Positions 36,810-49,790 of a stretch of DNA of 64,000 bases are shown here, piece after piece. The position numbers were made by a program, and so were the translations under genes. Below the pieces are notes generated by a model. That model was not told where the DNA came from. It ran no database searches and saw only the letters and a list, made by a program, of their open reading frames with translations. The stretch comes from Mustelus asterias (Eukaryota), in contig NW_027590536.1 of assembly GCF_964213995.1 (NCBI RefSeq), positions 186,001 to 250,000 of the forward strand, written 5' to 3'. Every line of letters begins with the position of its first letter. The stretch's first letter is position 1.

Positions 36810-38404
36810 CACGGGCGCGAGTTCACGTCATAAACCAGCTGGTCACCTCCATGCTGTGGTACCGGCTGGTCCCTTTGACCCCTCCCCCTGGCTTTGTCAC
36901 CGATATCCAGAGAACCCTCGTGCGGTTCTTCTGGGGCAATCGACTGCACTGGGTCCCTGCTGCAGTTTTGCATCTCCCGCTTGAGGAGGGTGGACAAGGT
37001 CTGGTGTGCCTCCGCACTCAGATAGCGACCTTCCGCCTCCAGGCCCTGCAGAGGTACCTTTACGTTGAGCCCCCTCCACAGTGGTGTGCCATGGCGACGT
37101 ATTTCTTCTGCCAGTGGCACGGCCTCAATTATGACGTGCAGCTCCTGCATATCGAACTGGGGCGTGTTCCGACCACCCTGCAGGAGTTGCCCGTCTTTTA
37201 CCAGGACCTCCTCACTGTCTGGAACACGGTCGCCTCGCGACGCAGCTCTCCCCCGTCAGGAGTAGCGGCTCTCGTGACTTCAGGTGGCTGGCGGAGAGGA
37301 GGGCTGTGGACGCCGGGGTGACCAGAATCGGGGACGTGCTCGATGTCGGAGGAGCGGGCTGGATGAGTCCCCGCGTGCTGGCTGAGCGCGCAGGGACGAC
37401 CGTCTGGCGCGCGGCCAAAGCCATCCTAGACCTTAGGACGGTCGTGCTCGGCCCCGAAACTGCACGCAAACTCGAGACGGCGCAGGCATGCGGTGGGATC
37501 CCACCCGAGCGTTCCCCTGTTCGGGCAGAATTCCACATTGGCCCAAAGCCTCAGCCCCCCCCCCCCCCCTGGGTGAGGTGCCCCACAGCCTGAGCCGCCT
37601 CGCGGAAATGTCCTCCGTGCCTTTTTCTACCGCACGGAGGCGTTTCCTGTGCGGGCTGCTGCTGCACACCCTCCACTACCGCCTCCTCGCCTGTCGCCCG
37701 GGTACACCATGGCGGGCCTTGTTGCTGCCGGGTGGCGGAGGTCCCCGCTGGAGGTCCCTCTACGGAGGGATCTCCCCCACTTACGTCTGGGACCTGGGGT
37801 GGAGGGTGATGAATGCAGCAGTTCCGCACAACCGTAGGATTCACTGGTTCACGGGCTCCGAAGACTGCCCTTTCTGCGGCCTTGTGGAGTCCGTGGACCA
37901 TGTCTATGTTGTGTGTCTTAGGCTGCACTCCCTTTATGTTTTCCTAAAGAACCTTTTATTGATGTTTCGTTTGCACTTCAGTCCCATGCTCCTGATCTAC
38001 GCACACCCAGTGCGGAGAGGGGAGGGTCGGGATGGCGACCTCCTCGTGAACCTGCTCCTGGGCCTGGCGAAACGCGCCATTTACCGGTCCAGGCAGCCGG
38101 CGATCGAGGGGGCCGTCCATTCTGACTGTCTCCCCCTCTACCGCGGCTACGTTCGCGGCCAGGTGTCCCTGGAGAGGGAGCATGCGGTGTTCACGGGCGC
38201 GGTTGACGCCTTCCGCGCCCGCTGGGCACCGCAGGGGTTGGGGTGCATTATTGACCCTAATAATCACATTATGATTTGATGTTTTTAAGTTTCCTTTGTA
38301 CTTTGATTTCTGTTCGGGCTGTTCCCCCTCCTTTTTGGGAGCTGCCCCTTTTACTTTGTCCTGATTTAATCTGAGTTTGTTTATTTTGTTTGACCGAAAA
38401 AGAG
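36810..38404 (+). mobile_element. L1-Tx1 clade LINE, 5'-truncated ORF2 C-terminus plus 3' UTR
   Basis: RARVHVINQL, LPLEEGGQGL and the CCHC knuckle CPFCGLVESVDHVYVVC in frameshifted ORFs; T-rich 3' UTR ending TTTGACCGAAAAAGAG. Confidence 0.9.
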
Positions 38405-39173
38405 GGCAACATCTGGGAGAAAATCAATGTTTCCCCCTTTCCATTTCTTTTCTCATTCTGGGGGAAATTGGGGACTTGCAGCAACTGAAGGGAAAGGAAG
38501 TGAATTCGGTCTGTATATTCCACACATTTTTCCTCCAGTAATGTAGACATTTATCTGTCTGGCCGCCTGCATGGAAATTTTCAGCTCTCTGTGTCCAGGA
38601 CAGGAAGCAGTGAGCATGGATCTGTCAATCAGCCTCAAGCAGCACCTTCAGGAGAATTGGGAGGGTGAATATTAGATACAGCAGAGTGAGAATGGAGGGA
38701 GAATGTGTGGGATGGAGATTTACAGCTTTTGGGGAATGAGAGAGGAAAGAATGCTCCATAGAAACTTGAATTGTCTGTTCTGAATTTCTATCCTGTGCTG
38801 ACACTGATGACTTTTGTAAATTCCTTTAGCAGGATATCAGAAGGTGAAAATTTAAAGACGAATATCAAACCAAACTTCACATCAAAATCTAACATAGTCA
38901 CTCAGTTCATTGGGACCTGAATATCATCGACATTTGAATCTAGAATGGAAATGTTTCTCTGCTCTGTCTGCTTCAGGAGATTTTAAACATCAGTGTGACT
39001 GGAAAAGCACCGAGACACACACACACTGAAACGTGCACACACCTCAGTGATTGTGGAAAGAACTTTAACCAGTTAAACAGCCTGAAAATACATTGCAGCA
39101 GAGAGACTGCACCCATGTTATGTTGTAACTGAACTGATTGTCAAGCCTGGAGAGTCGCAAGGACACCTGCACC

Positions 39174-40015
39174 ATGGAGAAATTGTGTAAATGTGGGGAC
39201 TGTGGGAAAGGATTCAGGTTCCCATCTGCACTGGAAACTCATCGGCGCAGTCACACTGGAGAGAGACCATTCACCTGCTCTGTGTGTGGGAAGGGATTCA
39301 CTCAGTTATCCCATTTACAAACACACCAGGGAGTTCACACTGGGGAGAGTCCATTCACCTGCTCTGTGTGTGGGAAGGGATTCAGTCAGTTATCCAACCT
39401 GCTGAAACACAATCTCACTCACATCCAGGAGAGACCCTTTAAATGCTCTGACTGTGGGAGTAGCTTCAAAAGCTCTGGGGAACTGGTGTCCCACCAGCGC
39501 ATTCACAGTGAGGAGAGACCGTTCAGCTGCTCTCACAGCACAAACAGGTTTAGAAGGTCATCCAGTCTGCGGGTACACCAGCGAGTTCACACTGGGGAGA
39601 GGCCATTCACCTGCTCTGACTGTGGGAAAGAGTTCACTCGGTTAACAATCTGTTGACACACCAACGGGTTCATGCCAGAGAGAGACCGTACACCTGCTCT
39701 GTGTGTGGGAAGGGATTCACTCAGTTGCCCAACCTGTTGAGCCACAAGGTCACTCACACCCAAGACAGACCCTTTAAATGCTGTGACTGTGGGAGTGGCT
39801 TCAAAAGCCCTCAGGAACTGATGATCCACCAGTCCATTCACACTGACGTGAGACCGTTTAGCTGCTCTCACTGCTCAAAGAGGTTTAGGAGGTCATCCAC
39901 ACGACGGAGCCACCAACGAGTTCACACCGGGGAGAGATCGTTCACCTGCTCTGTGTGTGGGAAGGGATTCAATCGGTCATCCAACCTGCAGAGACACCAA
40001 CAAGTTCACAAGTGA
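39174..40015 (+). pseudogene. ZNF gene E, about 10 fingers, frameshift near 39645
   Basis: ORFs 39174..39656 and 39653..40015 are consecutive finger arrays split by a 1-bp deletion; finger 5 has Cys replaced by Ser. It could still encode a truncated protein. Confidence 0.82.
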
Positions 40016-40035
40016 TTACAGGGGTTGGATTCTTT

Positions 40036-40823
40036 CTCTTTCAATCTTTCTCTCTCTCTCTCTCCCAATCTTTCTCTCTCTCAATCTTGCTCTCCCCCCC
40101 CCCCCACCCCTCCCCCTGCTCCTTTCCCCCCCCTTGCTCTTTTGAGAATGTGTATAAGGTAGATTGAGAAGAGGAAAGGGTTAAAATTGGGATGCGTAAC
40201 TAGAAATCAGTTGAGGGATAAACTGGTTTTGGAAAGGGCCTGAGGCGAGGGCGACAAGTGAAACTAATGATCACGTTCAAGAAACTGCTGATAGGTAATT
40301 GTGGTTCTGGCTTCGGAGGGCAGGGCCTTATCGATTGGCCTTTTGTCCTTGAAAGTAATCTAATCAAAATGTAACAATACAGCTATGCCCTTATTGGCTA
40401 ACAGAAGTTTGTGGATGTATCTCTGTCGTGTATCACTGAAACTGTTTTGTAAGCCAGACAGAGACTCACAAACCCATGCTGGATGTGCATGGTCTTGCGA
40501 TCTCTCCTCTGATGCAATAAAGGCGGCTTTCGGAGAAACCTGTGTCTCTTCAGTTTTTGATCCGACTTCCGAAACACGAATTCTACACTTTCTCCCCCTG
40601 CTCCTTTCTCCCTCTCTGCTCTTTTCCCCCGGTCTATCCCCCCCTGCTCTTCCACCCCCCTGCTCTTCCCCCCCCGCTCTTCCACCCCCCTGCTTTTTCC
40701 CCCCCACTCTCTCCCCCCCGCTCTTTCCCCCCCGCTCTTTCCCCCCACGCTCTTCCCCCCCTCCCCACTCTTTCCCCTCCCCTGCTCCAACCCCCCTGCT
40801 CTTCCCCCCCCCCTCCCCCCCCC
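40036..40823. repeat. Polypyrimidine (C/T) low-complexity tract split by the LTR
   Basis: CCCCCC(T)GCTCTT-like units at about 40036-40142 and 40588-40823. Confidence 0.8.
40143..40587 (+). mobile_element. Solo LTR (ERV or Gypsy type)
   Basis: TG...CA ends, AATAAA near 40516 and CTTT 4-bp TSD on both sides. Confidence 0.7.
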
Positions 40824-41052
40824 GCAGGGTGGGTGAATCTCTGAATCCCTTCCCACACTGTGAGCAGGTGACTAGCCTCTCCTCAGTGTGAATTCGCTGG
40901 TGTCTCAGCAGATTCGATGAATGATTGAATCCCTTCCAACAAGTGCAGCATATGAACGGTCTCTCCCCGGTGTGACTGCGTCGATGAGATTCCACCTCAG
41001 ATGGGGCTCTGAATCCCTTCCCACAGTCTCCACATTTCCATGGTTTCTCCAT
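40824..41052 (-). pseudogene. Truncated ZNF gene F (2.5 fingers)
   Basis: [10 protein letters not shown] start; the array breaks in finger 3 at the purine/pyrimidine tract. Confidence 0.82.
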
Positions 41053-41678
41053 GGTGTCGGAGTCCTTGTGTCTCTCCACAATCAGTGCACTGGAACACTC
41101 TGATACGGGTGTGAGAATCTCAGTGCTTTTCCAGTCACACTGATGTTAAAAAGGCTGATGATTTTCACGTCCTTATGAATCAAGTGACTCTTTTGAGATT
41201 TCCATTTTCCAAACCTCTCCTTCCAATATCCACTGAAAGGAGTTTACAAAAATCATCACTGTCAGCACATGATAGAAATTCAAAACAGACAATTGTAGTT
41301 TCTATGGAACATTCTTTAAATCTCCACCCACGCCCCTCACACATACACTCTCTCTCTCATTCCATTTAGCATTCTGCGGCACGGTGGCACAGTGGTTAGC
41401 ACCATCAGCTCCAAGTTCCCCTCCAACTCACATACCATCCTGACTTGTCTGACATCCAGGACTAAGAGAACAGAAATTTCATCCATATAAATACTGGGAA
41501 GTCTGAACCCATTGTCTTCAGTCCCCACCACAAACTCCACTCCCTGTCGGAGCCGGAACCAGGCTGTTCACAACCATGGTGAAATATTTCACTCCAGGAT
41601 GAGCTTCCAGCCACATCATCATCAAGACTGCCTATTTCCACCTCAGTGACATCGTCCGACGCCACCCCAGTGTCAACT

Positions 41679-42907
41679 CATAAGACCATAAGACACAGAA
41701 ACAGAATGAGGCCACTCGGCCCATCGAGTCTGCTCCGCCATTCAATCATGGCTGATATTTTTCTCATCCCCATTCTCCTGCCTTTTCCCCATAACCCCTG
41801 ATCCCCTCATTAATCAAGAACCTATCTATCTCTGTCTTAAAGACACTCAATGACCTGGCCTCCACAGCCTTCTGCAGCAAAGAGTTCCACAGATTCACCA
41901 CTCTCTGGCTGAAGAAATTCCTCCTCCTCTCTGTTTTAAAGGATCGGCCCTTTAGTCTGAGGTTGTGCCCTCTATTTCTCGCTGTTCCTACTAGTGGAAA
42001 CATTCTCTCCACATCCACTCTATCCAGGCCTCACAGTATCCTGTAAGTTTCAATAAGATCCCCCCTCATCCTTATAAACTCCAATGAGTACAGACCCAGA
42101 GTCCTGAGCTGTTCCTCATAGGACAAGCTTTTCATTCCAGTGATCATTCTTGTGAACCTCCTCTGGACCTTTTCCAAAGCCAGCACATCCTTCCTTAGAT
42201 ATGGGGACCAAAACTGCTCACAATAGTCCAAATGGGGGCTGACCAGAGCCTTATACAGCCTCAGAAATATATCCCAGCTCTTGTATTCTGGGCCTATCGA
42301 CATGAATGCTAACATTGCATTTGCCTTCCTAACTGCCGACTGAACCTGCACGTTAACTTTAAGAGAATCTTGAACAATGACTTCCAAGTCCCTTTGTGTT
42401 TCTGATTTCCTCAGCATTTCCCCATTTAGAAAATAATTGATGTCTCCATTCCTCCTTCCAAAGTGCATAACCTCACACTTTTCCACATTGTATTCTATCT
42501 GCTGCTTCTTTGCTCACTCTCCTAACCTGTCCAAGTCCTTCTGCAGCCCCCTTGCTTCCTCGATACTACCTCTCCCTCTACATATCTTTGTATCATCTGC
42601 AAACCTAGCTACAGTGCCTTCAGTTCCTTCCTCCAAATCGTTAATGTATATTGTGAAAGGTTGTGGTCCCAGCACTGACCCCTGAGGCACACCACTAGTC
42701 ACCGGCTGCCATCCTGAGAAAGACCCCTTTATCCCCACTCTCTGCCTTCTGCCAGCCAATCCTCTATCCATGCCAGGATCTTACCCTTAACACCATGGGC
42801 ACTTAACTTATTTAACAGTTTCCTCTGCAGCACCTTGTCAAAGGCCTTCTGGAAATCTAAATAAATCAGGTCCACTAGTTCTCCTTTATCTAACTTCTTT
42901 GTTACCA
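41679..42907 (-). mobile_element. CR1 LINE fragment
   Basis: [18 protein letters not shown] and FADD motifs; CATAAGAC-repeat tail. Confidence 0.9.
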
Positions 42908-44670
42908 GATATGATCTAAGGAGATCCATCAAAGATGCCAAAAGACAATACCGGACCAAGCTAGAGTCCCAGGCTCGCCACACCAATCCCCGCTGACTAT
43001 GGCAAGGTCTGCAAGACATAACAGGCTACAAGATGAAGGCATGTAAAATCGCCGGCTCCAACGCTCCTCGCCCTGATGAGCTCAATGCATTCGTTTTGAG
43101 CAAGAGGTCAGCGAGAGCATGCCCTCCACCCTGGAAGCCCTGGATGAACCTGTATCTGGGGTCTCCATTGCAGATGTCAGAGCAGCTTTCTTGAAGGTCA
43201 ACCCACAGAAAGCAACGGGCCCGGATGGGATACCCGGACGGGCACTCAGATCCTGCGCGGATCAGCTGATGGGGGTATTCACAGACATCTTCAACCTCTC
43301 TTTACAACAATCTGAGGTCCCTATCTGCTTCAAGAAGACTACCTTCATCCTGGTACCGAAGCAAAACCAAGCAGCGTGCCTTAATGACTATCGGCCGGTG
43401 GCTCTGATATTCATCATTATGAAGTGCTTCGAAAGGTCAGTCATGGCACAAATCAATTCCAGCCTCCCGGACTATCTGGATCCACTACAGTTTGCCTACC
43501 GCCGCAACAGGTCCACAGCAGACACCATTTCCCTGGCCCTGTACTCAACCCTGCAACACGTAGATTACAAGGACACCAATGTCAGACTCCTATTTGTTGA
43601 CTACAGCTCAGCCTTCAACACTCTTCTTCCCATGAAACTCATCTCCAAACTCCGTGGCCTGGGTCTCGGCACCTCCCTCTGCAACTGGATCCTGAACTTC
43701 CTAACTCACAGACCACAATCAGTAAGGATAGTCAACAACACCTCCTCCACGATCGTCCTCAACACCGGTGCCCCACAAGGCTGTGTTCTCAGCCCCCTAT
43801 TATACTCTTATACACCTATGACTGTGCGGCAAAATTCCCCTCCAATTCGATTTTCAAGTTTGCTGACGACACCCCAGTACTGGGTCGGATTTCAAACAAT
43901 GATGAGACAGAGTACAGGAATGAGACAGAGAACCTGGTGAACTGGTGTGGCAACAATAATCCCTCCCTCAATGTCAACAAAACAAAGGAGATTGTCATCG
44001 ACTTCAGGAAGCGTAAAGAAGAACATGCCCATGTCGACATCAATGGGGACGAAGTAGAAAGCGTCAAGAGCTTCAGGTTTTTAGGTGTCCGGATCACCAA
44101 CAACCTGTCCTGGTCCCCCCATGTTGACACTATAGTTAAGAAAGCTCACCAACGCCCCTACTTTCTCAGAAGACTAAGGAAATTTGGCATGTCAGCTACG
44201 ACTCTCACCAACTTTTACAGATGCACCATAGAAAGCATTCTTTCTGGTTGTATCACAGCTTGGTATGGCTCCTGCTCTGCCCAAGACCGCAAGGATCTAC
44301 AAAAGGTCGTGAATGTGCCCAATCTATCACACAAACCAGCCTCCCGCCGCGTCGGCAAAGCAGCCGGCATAATTAAGGACCCCACGCACCCCGGACATTC
44401 TCTCTTCTACCTTCTTCCTTTAGGAAAAAGATACAAAAGTCTGAGGTCACGTACCAACCGACTTGAGAACAGCTTCTTCTCTGCTGCTGCCAGACTTTTG
44501 AATGGACTTAACTTGCATTAAGTTGATCTTTCTCTACATCCTAGCTGTGACTGTAACACTACATTCTGCACTCTCTCCTTTCCTTCTCTATGAACGGTAT
44601 GTTTTGTCTGTATAGCGAGCAAGAAACAATACTTTTCACTGTATGATAATACATGTGACAATAATAAATT
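42908..44670 (+). mobile_element. Rex1/Babar LINE, 5'-truncated
   Basis: KATGPDGIPG, NDYRPVAL, DYSSAFNT and [10 protein letters not shown] motifs; 3' end ATGTGACAATAATAAAT. Confidence 0.93.
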
Positions 44671-44674
44671 ATTA

Positions 44675-45567
44675 TTGGAGGACGCGGAAAGTCTGCAGAG
44701 AGATTTGGATAGGCTGAGCGAGTGGGCGAGGATCTGGCAGATGGAATAGACATTGGCAAATGTGAGGTTATCCACTTTGGAAGAAATAATAGTAAATTGG
44801 AATATTATTTAAATGGAGAAAAATTACATCGTGCGACTGTGCAGAGGGACCTGGGGGTCCTTGTGCACGAATCGCAAAAACTCAGTCTGCAGCTACAGCA
44901 GGTGATCAAGGTGGTGAGTGGAATGTTGGCCTTTATCGCGAGGGGGATAGAATATAAAAGCAGGGAGGTCTTGATACAACTATACAAGGCATTGGTGAGG
45001 CCGCAACTGGAGTACTGTGTGCAGTTTTGGTCCCCTTGTTTGCGAAAGGATATATTGGCCTTGGAGGGAGTGCAGAGAAGGTGCACCAGGTTGATACCAG
45101 AGATTAGGGGTGTAGCTTATGAGGAGAGATTGATCAGATTGGGTCTGTACTCGTTGGAGTTTAGAAGGCTGAGGGGTGATCTTCTCGAGACATATAAGAT
45201 AATGAAGGGGCTGGATAGGGTACAGGTAGAGGTAGAGACATTCTTACCACTTAGAAGGGAAACCAGAACTAGAGGGCACAGCCTCAAAATAAGTGGGGGC
45301 CGGTTCAGAACAGAGTTGAGGGGGAACTTCTTCTCTCAGAGGGTAGTGAATCTCTGGAATTCTCTGCCCATTGAAGTGGTGGAGGCTTCCTCGTTGAATA
45401 TGTTTAAATCATGGGGTAGATACATTTCTGATTGGTAAGGGAATTAAGGGATATGGGGAGCAGGCGGGTAAGTGGAACTGATTCGCTTCAGATCAGGCAT
45501 GGTCTTGTTGAATGGCGGGGCAGGCTCGAGGGGCTAGATGGCCTACTCCTGCTCCTATTTATGTTCT
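44675..45567 (+). mobile_element. CR1 LINE 3' fragment
   Basis: KCEVIHFG and LYKALVRPQLEYCVQFWSP motifs. Confidence 0.9.
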
Positions 45568-45651
45568 TAAATCAAATCAGATGGAGAAATTTCATTGGTC
45601 TGTGGAATTCTCTACCACAGAAAGTACTGGAGGCTGGGTCATTTAATAAAG

Positions 45652-45800
45652 ATGTGGAGATGCCGGCATTGGACTTGGGCAAACACAGTAAGAAGTTTAA
45701 CAACACCAGGTTAAAGTCCAATAGGTTTATTTGGTAGCAAAAGCCACTTCCCGGTGTGGCTCTTTCTACCAAATAAACCTGTTGGACTTTAACCTGGTGT
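45652..45800. mobile_element. Palindromic Penelope mini-element
   Basis: Head-to-head terminal repeats; GTCATTTAA flanking duplication. Confidence 0.75.
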
Positions 45801-46039
45801 CATTTAAATAATTCAAGGCTGAGTTAGACTATTTTTTATCTGAGGGAGGCAGTCAGCATAATAGAATTAATCAGATGAGCCACGAGTTTATTGAATGACA
45901 GAGCAAGGTCAATGGGCTGAATGGCCTACTCCTGACGCTAACACACTGATGGTCTCAGGATGTCCACACAGTCTCTGCAGCAGCTCCGTTCACCAGGGCC
46001 TGTCAATCAATCACACAATCATTTTCTCTCCTGGGGACC

Positions 46040-46445
46040 GGGACCCCGAAGCCCCGCCCCCTCTCTGTTGCGTCACCAAGAGGGCCACGCATGCGCTCCG
46101 CTCCTTGCTGGACCAAGATGGCGGCCATTAACCTGGGCCTGCTCCAAGAAAAAAATCCCCAAAGCAGCAAACCCGGGACCCGCAGGGTCTTATTCGGGCC
46201 TTCGGCTTTCAGCAAGTGTTTGTGAAGCCTCCGATCCCTCCCCACCCCGACTCCCGGCTAATTCCTCCCTCCGCCCCACTGATTCTCACCAGCTGAAGAA
46301 AAGCGTCTGCCGCACACAAGCATCCGAACAAGTGACACTGCGCATGCTCGAGATGCAGCATGGAGCCTGCGCACTGGTCTCTTGTGAAGTAAATCAGGCA
46401 CTTTCAAACCCACGGGGAATGCTGGGTAACAACAGGGCCATTGAA
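46040..46445. promoter_or_regulatory. CpG-rich promoter-like region
   Basis: GC box, CGCATGCGC, CAAGATGGCGGC (YY1) and AATGCTGGGTAA. Confidence 0.6.
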
Positions 46446-46662
46446 AAACCAAATAGCAACAGAAAATGGATTTGTTACTAATTGAGATCAATTAATAAAA
46501 ATATTAAAATAAATTATTGGTTTTAGTATTGTCACGTGTTAGTATATGGTGAAAAATATTGTTTCTCACGTGCTATACAGATAAATTGTGAATTCTGTGA
46601 ATTGTGAATGTGTCTATTGTGAATGGGCACTCTGCTGTGCTCCATTTCTCGAAACCATGCAT

Positions 46663-46865
46663 GCAGCACAGGAGCACAGTGGGTAGCACTGCTGCCTCAC
46701 AGCACCAGGCACCCGGGTTCAATTCCGGCCTCGTTTCACTGTCCATATGGAATTTGCACGCTTTCCCTGTGTCTGCGTGGGTTTCGTCCGGTTTCCTCCC
46801 ACACTCCAAAGATGTGTGAGTTAGGCTGATTGGCCCTGCTGAATTGCCCTATCGTGTCAGGGGAC
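46663..46865 (+). mobile_element. Diverged V-SINE
   Basis: Recognisable head and V-domain. Confidence 0.7.
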
Positions 46866-47081
46866 CAGAAGTTGTAATGTGCACAGGGTAGGACAAAGAA
46901 CAACAAAGAACAGTACAGTACAGGAAACAGGCCCTTCGGCCCTCCAAGCCCATGCCGCTCCTTGGTCCAACTAGACCAATCGTTTGTATCCCTCCATTCC
47001 CAGGCTCATGTGACTATCCAGGTAAGTCTTAAACGATGTCAGCGTGTCTGCCTCCACCACCCTACAGGACCTGGCTGGGAT

Positions 47082-48046
47082 TGGTGTCAGTGCAGGTTCA
47101 ATGAGTTAAATGGCCTCCTTCTGCAGTGTAGGTATGAAAATACTGCTATCGTCTGGAACAATGGAGAGTTTTTCAAGTTTTTTCCTTCTAGTTCCCCTGA
47201 CTCTCATTCTCAGAAGATGCAGACACTGGCTGGGTTCAAAAATCAGAATTAGTAGTTCCTCTGTCATTACTACTTTATTTGTGATTATTACTTTGTTGTG
47301 TCTATTACTTGATTCCCTATGATGTGGAGATGCTGGCATTGGACTGGGGTGGGCACAGTAAAAAGTCTCACACTACCGGGTTAAAGTCCAACAGGTTTAT
47401 TTGGAATCATGAGCTTCCAGAGCGCTGCTCCTTCATCAGGTGAGTGATGAAGGAGCAGCACTCCAAAAGCTCATGATGCCAAATAAACCTGTTAGACTTT
47501 AACTTGGTGTTGTGAGACTTGATTCCCTATGACAGTAGTATCATTACTAAAAATCCGCCGCAACAGTTAACACAGAAATCTGAGGGCATTGTCATCACAG
47601 CCTTTCAAACCATTAATAATAGAATCATCAGATATTCGGTTGTAATTCTCTCTATGAAAATCTCTCTGGCAAAATAAATATGGCTTCTCCACAGTAGAAA
47701 GGAAATCATTCACTCATCAATCCAAGCTCAGAATGCATGGGGATATTGCTGGTAAGTGTCCAGGACAAATTGCTATTTGTAAGATGAAGGTACATCAGCA
47801 GCAGGAGTTAGTGAAGAGGGTGATGGTAATAACTAGGCAAACTGACTCAGCAGGAAAGCTGCTCTAAAGGAGATTCCATAGGATCCACCCAAAACACAAT
47901 CATTGGCACCAGTACGACAGATTCCAGTTAAACCTGACTGGTGTCGGTGCAGGTTCAATGAGTTAAATGGCCTCCTTCTGCAGTGTAGGTATGAAAATAC
48001 TGCTATCTTCTGGAACAATGGAGAGTTTTTCAAGTTTTTTCCTTCT
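47082..48046 (+). repeat. 108-bp direct repeat pair (47082-47189 and 47939-48046)
   Basis: Two mismatches by eye; both ORFs read RFNELNGLLLQCRYENTAI. Confidence 0.9.
47323..47516. mobile_element. Palindromic Penelope mini-element with a 16-bp TSD
   Basis: ACTTGATTCCCTATGA at 47307-47322 and 47517-47532; inverted arms. Confidence 0.85.
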
Positions 48047-49049
48047 GACCCTGACGTGAGTATGGCCAAAGATACCACACACCATAGGAAAGCCTTTCCC
48101 TCATCCCTCATAGCAAGTAAGAACTCATCCATCCTACATGATGAGGTTTTCTGTCACAAGGATGTGATGTGTATCACAAAGATGGTTAAAACCTTTTTTA
48201 GTTACATGGATTACATACATTGTTGTTGGATCATAGCTTGGTATATTTCTGTTTTGAGTCCTCGATATTATATCCAGGTTGTGTATCTCACCAGGCTTCC
48301 ACACCCCATCATTACTCTACAGACTCATGGCCAGTTTCTTCAGAATCTCCAACAAATCTTCACATTCCCCCTGCTACAGACAGTGGAAAAGATGGATCCT
48401 GCCCATCTCAACACCTCCAGGGAGAAACTCCCACACAGTACACTAACTGTTCAATGTGAAATGAAGTAATGTTAAAAACATTGTTATAAAATGAGGCCAG
48501 GTGGCAAATTGGGAAGGTACATTTGATGTTCCAGATAGATTGGGGAAAAGCAAAACTTATCTTAGCAAATTGGAAATGAGGGAAGGAAACACACCATGAA
48601 GGCCAGTGAAAAGGTCAGGAAACTGGATGGAGAATAAACGCAATGAAGTTACTGTGAAAATCCCCTAATCACCACACTCCACCGCTTGTTCGGGTACACT
48701 AAGGGAGAATTTAGCATGGCCAATGCACCAAACCAGCACATCTTTTTGGACTGTGGGAGGAAACCGGAGCACCCGGAGGAAACCCAAGCAGAAAAGGGGA
48801 GAACATGCAGATTCTGCAAACAGTGACCCTGATTTTATCAACAGGGACAAGATGTGGATGGTAGTCATGATCCTGGACTGTGCCCACGCAGATTGTCTTT
48901 CTGAGCTCCAGACAGGTGATAAACACTCTGGTGTCGATTTTGTCTTGCCATCCTATGTCTCAAAACAAAGCTGGATTATTTCACATTTATTCAAAATATT
49001 AAACTGTAGCAAAGTTAAAGTGGTGATTCAGAAAGAAAATTTGACTCTC

Positions 49050-49365
49050 TGAACAAACATGGTTCAATCCTGGATATGATTAAAAGCAGCAGTGACAGCT
49101 GAAGCCAATCTCTGCAGTCACTTGTGAACTTGCTGCTGTCAACACAGGTTAGAAGAATGGATGAATACTTTCCCACACATGGAGCCAGTGAATGACCTCT
49201 GCAGTGTCAATTAATTGGTGTTTCAGCACTTCACATCTGCTTTTAACTTTCTTCTCACATTCAGATCATTTAAAATGTCTTCTCACATTCAGATCATTTA
49301 AAATGACTCTTTTCAGTGTGAACAAGTTGATGTTCAGTGAGACAGTATGACTGAGCGAATCCCAG
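49050..49365 (-). pseudogene. Highly decayed ZNF 3' remnant
   Basis: Reverse strand shows GFAQSYCLTEHQLVHTEK... and QQQVHK-stop, followed by the 3' UTR block. Confidence 0.6.
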
Positions 49366-49436
49366 ATTAGGGTTTGGAATACACGGCCTGAGAGTGTGAT
49401 GGAGGCAGGTTCAGTTGATGCATTCAAAAGGGAATT

Positions 49437-49790
49437 AAGAATGTTCCCAATTGTGGGGGAGTCCAAACGTAGGGGTCGTAGTTTGAGGACAAGGGGTAAA
49501 CCTTTTCGGACTGAGGTGAGGAGAAATTTCTTCACCCAGAGGGTGGTGAATGTGTGGAATTCCTGATCACAGAATGTAGTTGAGGCCAAAATGTTGTCTG
49601 ATTTCAAGAAGAAATTAGATATAGCTCTCGGGGCCAAAGGCATCAAGGGATGTGGCGGGGGCGGGGGGGGGGGGGGGGGGGGTGGAGGTTAGATCAGGAT
49701 ATTGAATTCGATGATCAGCCATGATCAAATTGAATGGCACAGTAGGTTCGAAGGGCTGAATGGTCTACTCCTGCTTCTAGTTTCTATGTT
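49437..49790 (+). mobile_element. CR1 3' fragment containing a poly-G tract
   Basis: RRNFFTQRVVNVWNS motif; G run at about 49655-49682. Confidence 0.75.

Noticed and set aside
36640-36810. 5' TSD for the Tx1 copy
   Set aside because: No GCAACATCTG-like duplicate at the left junction, so only the 3' junction supports target specificity for this copy.
40360-41079. Novel ZNF plus Gly/Arg-rich fusion protein, and antisense Pro-rich ORFs
   Set aside because: Read-through into a low-complexity tract and an LTR.
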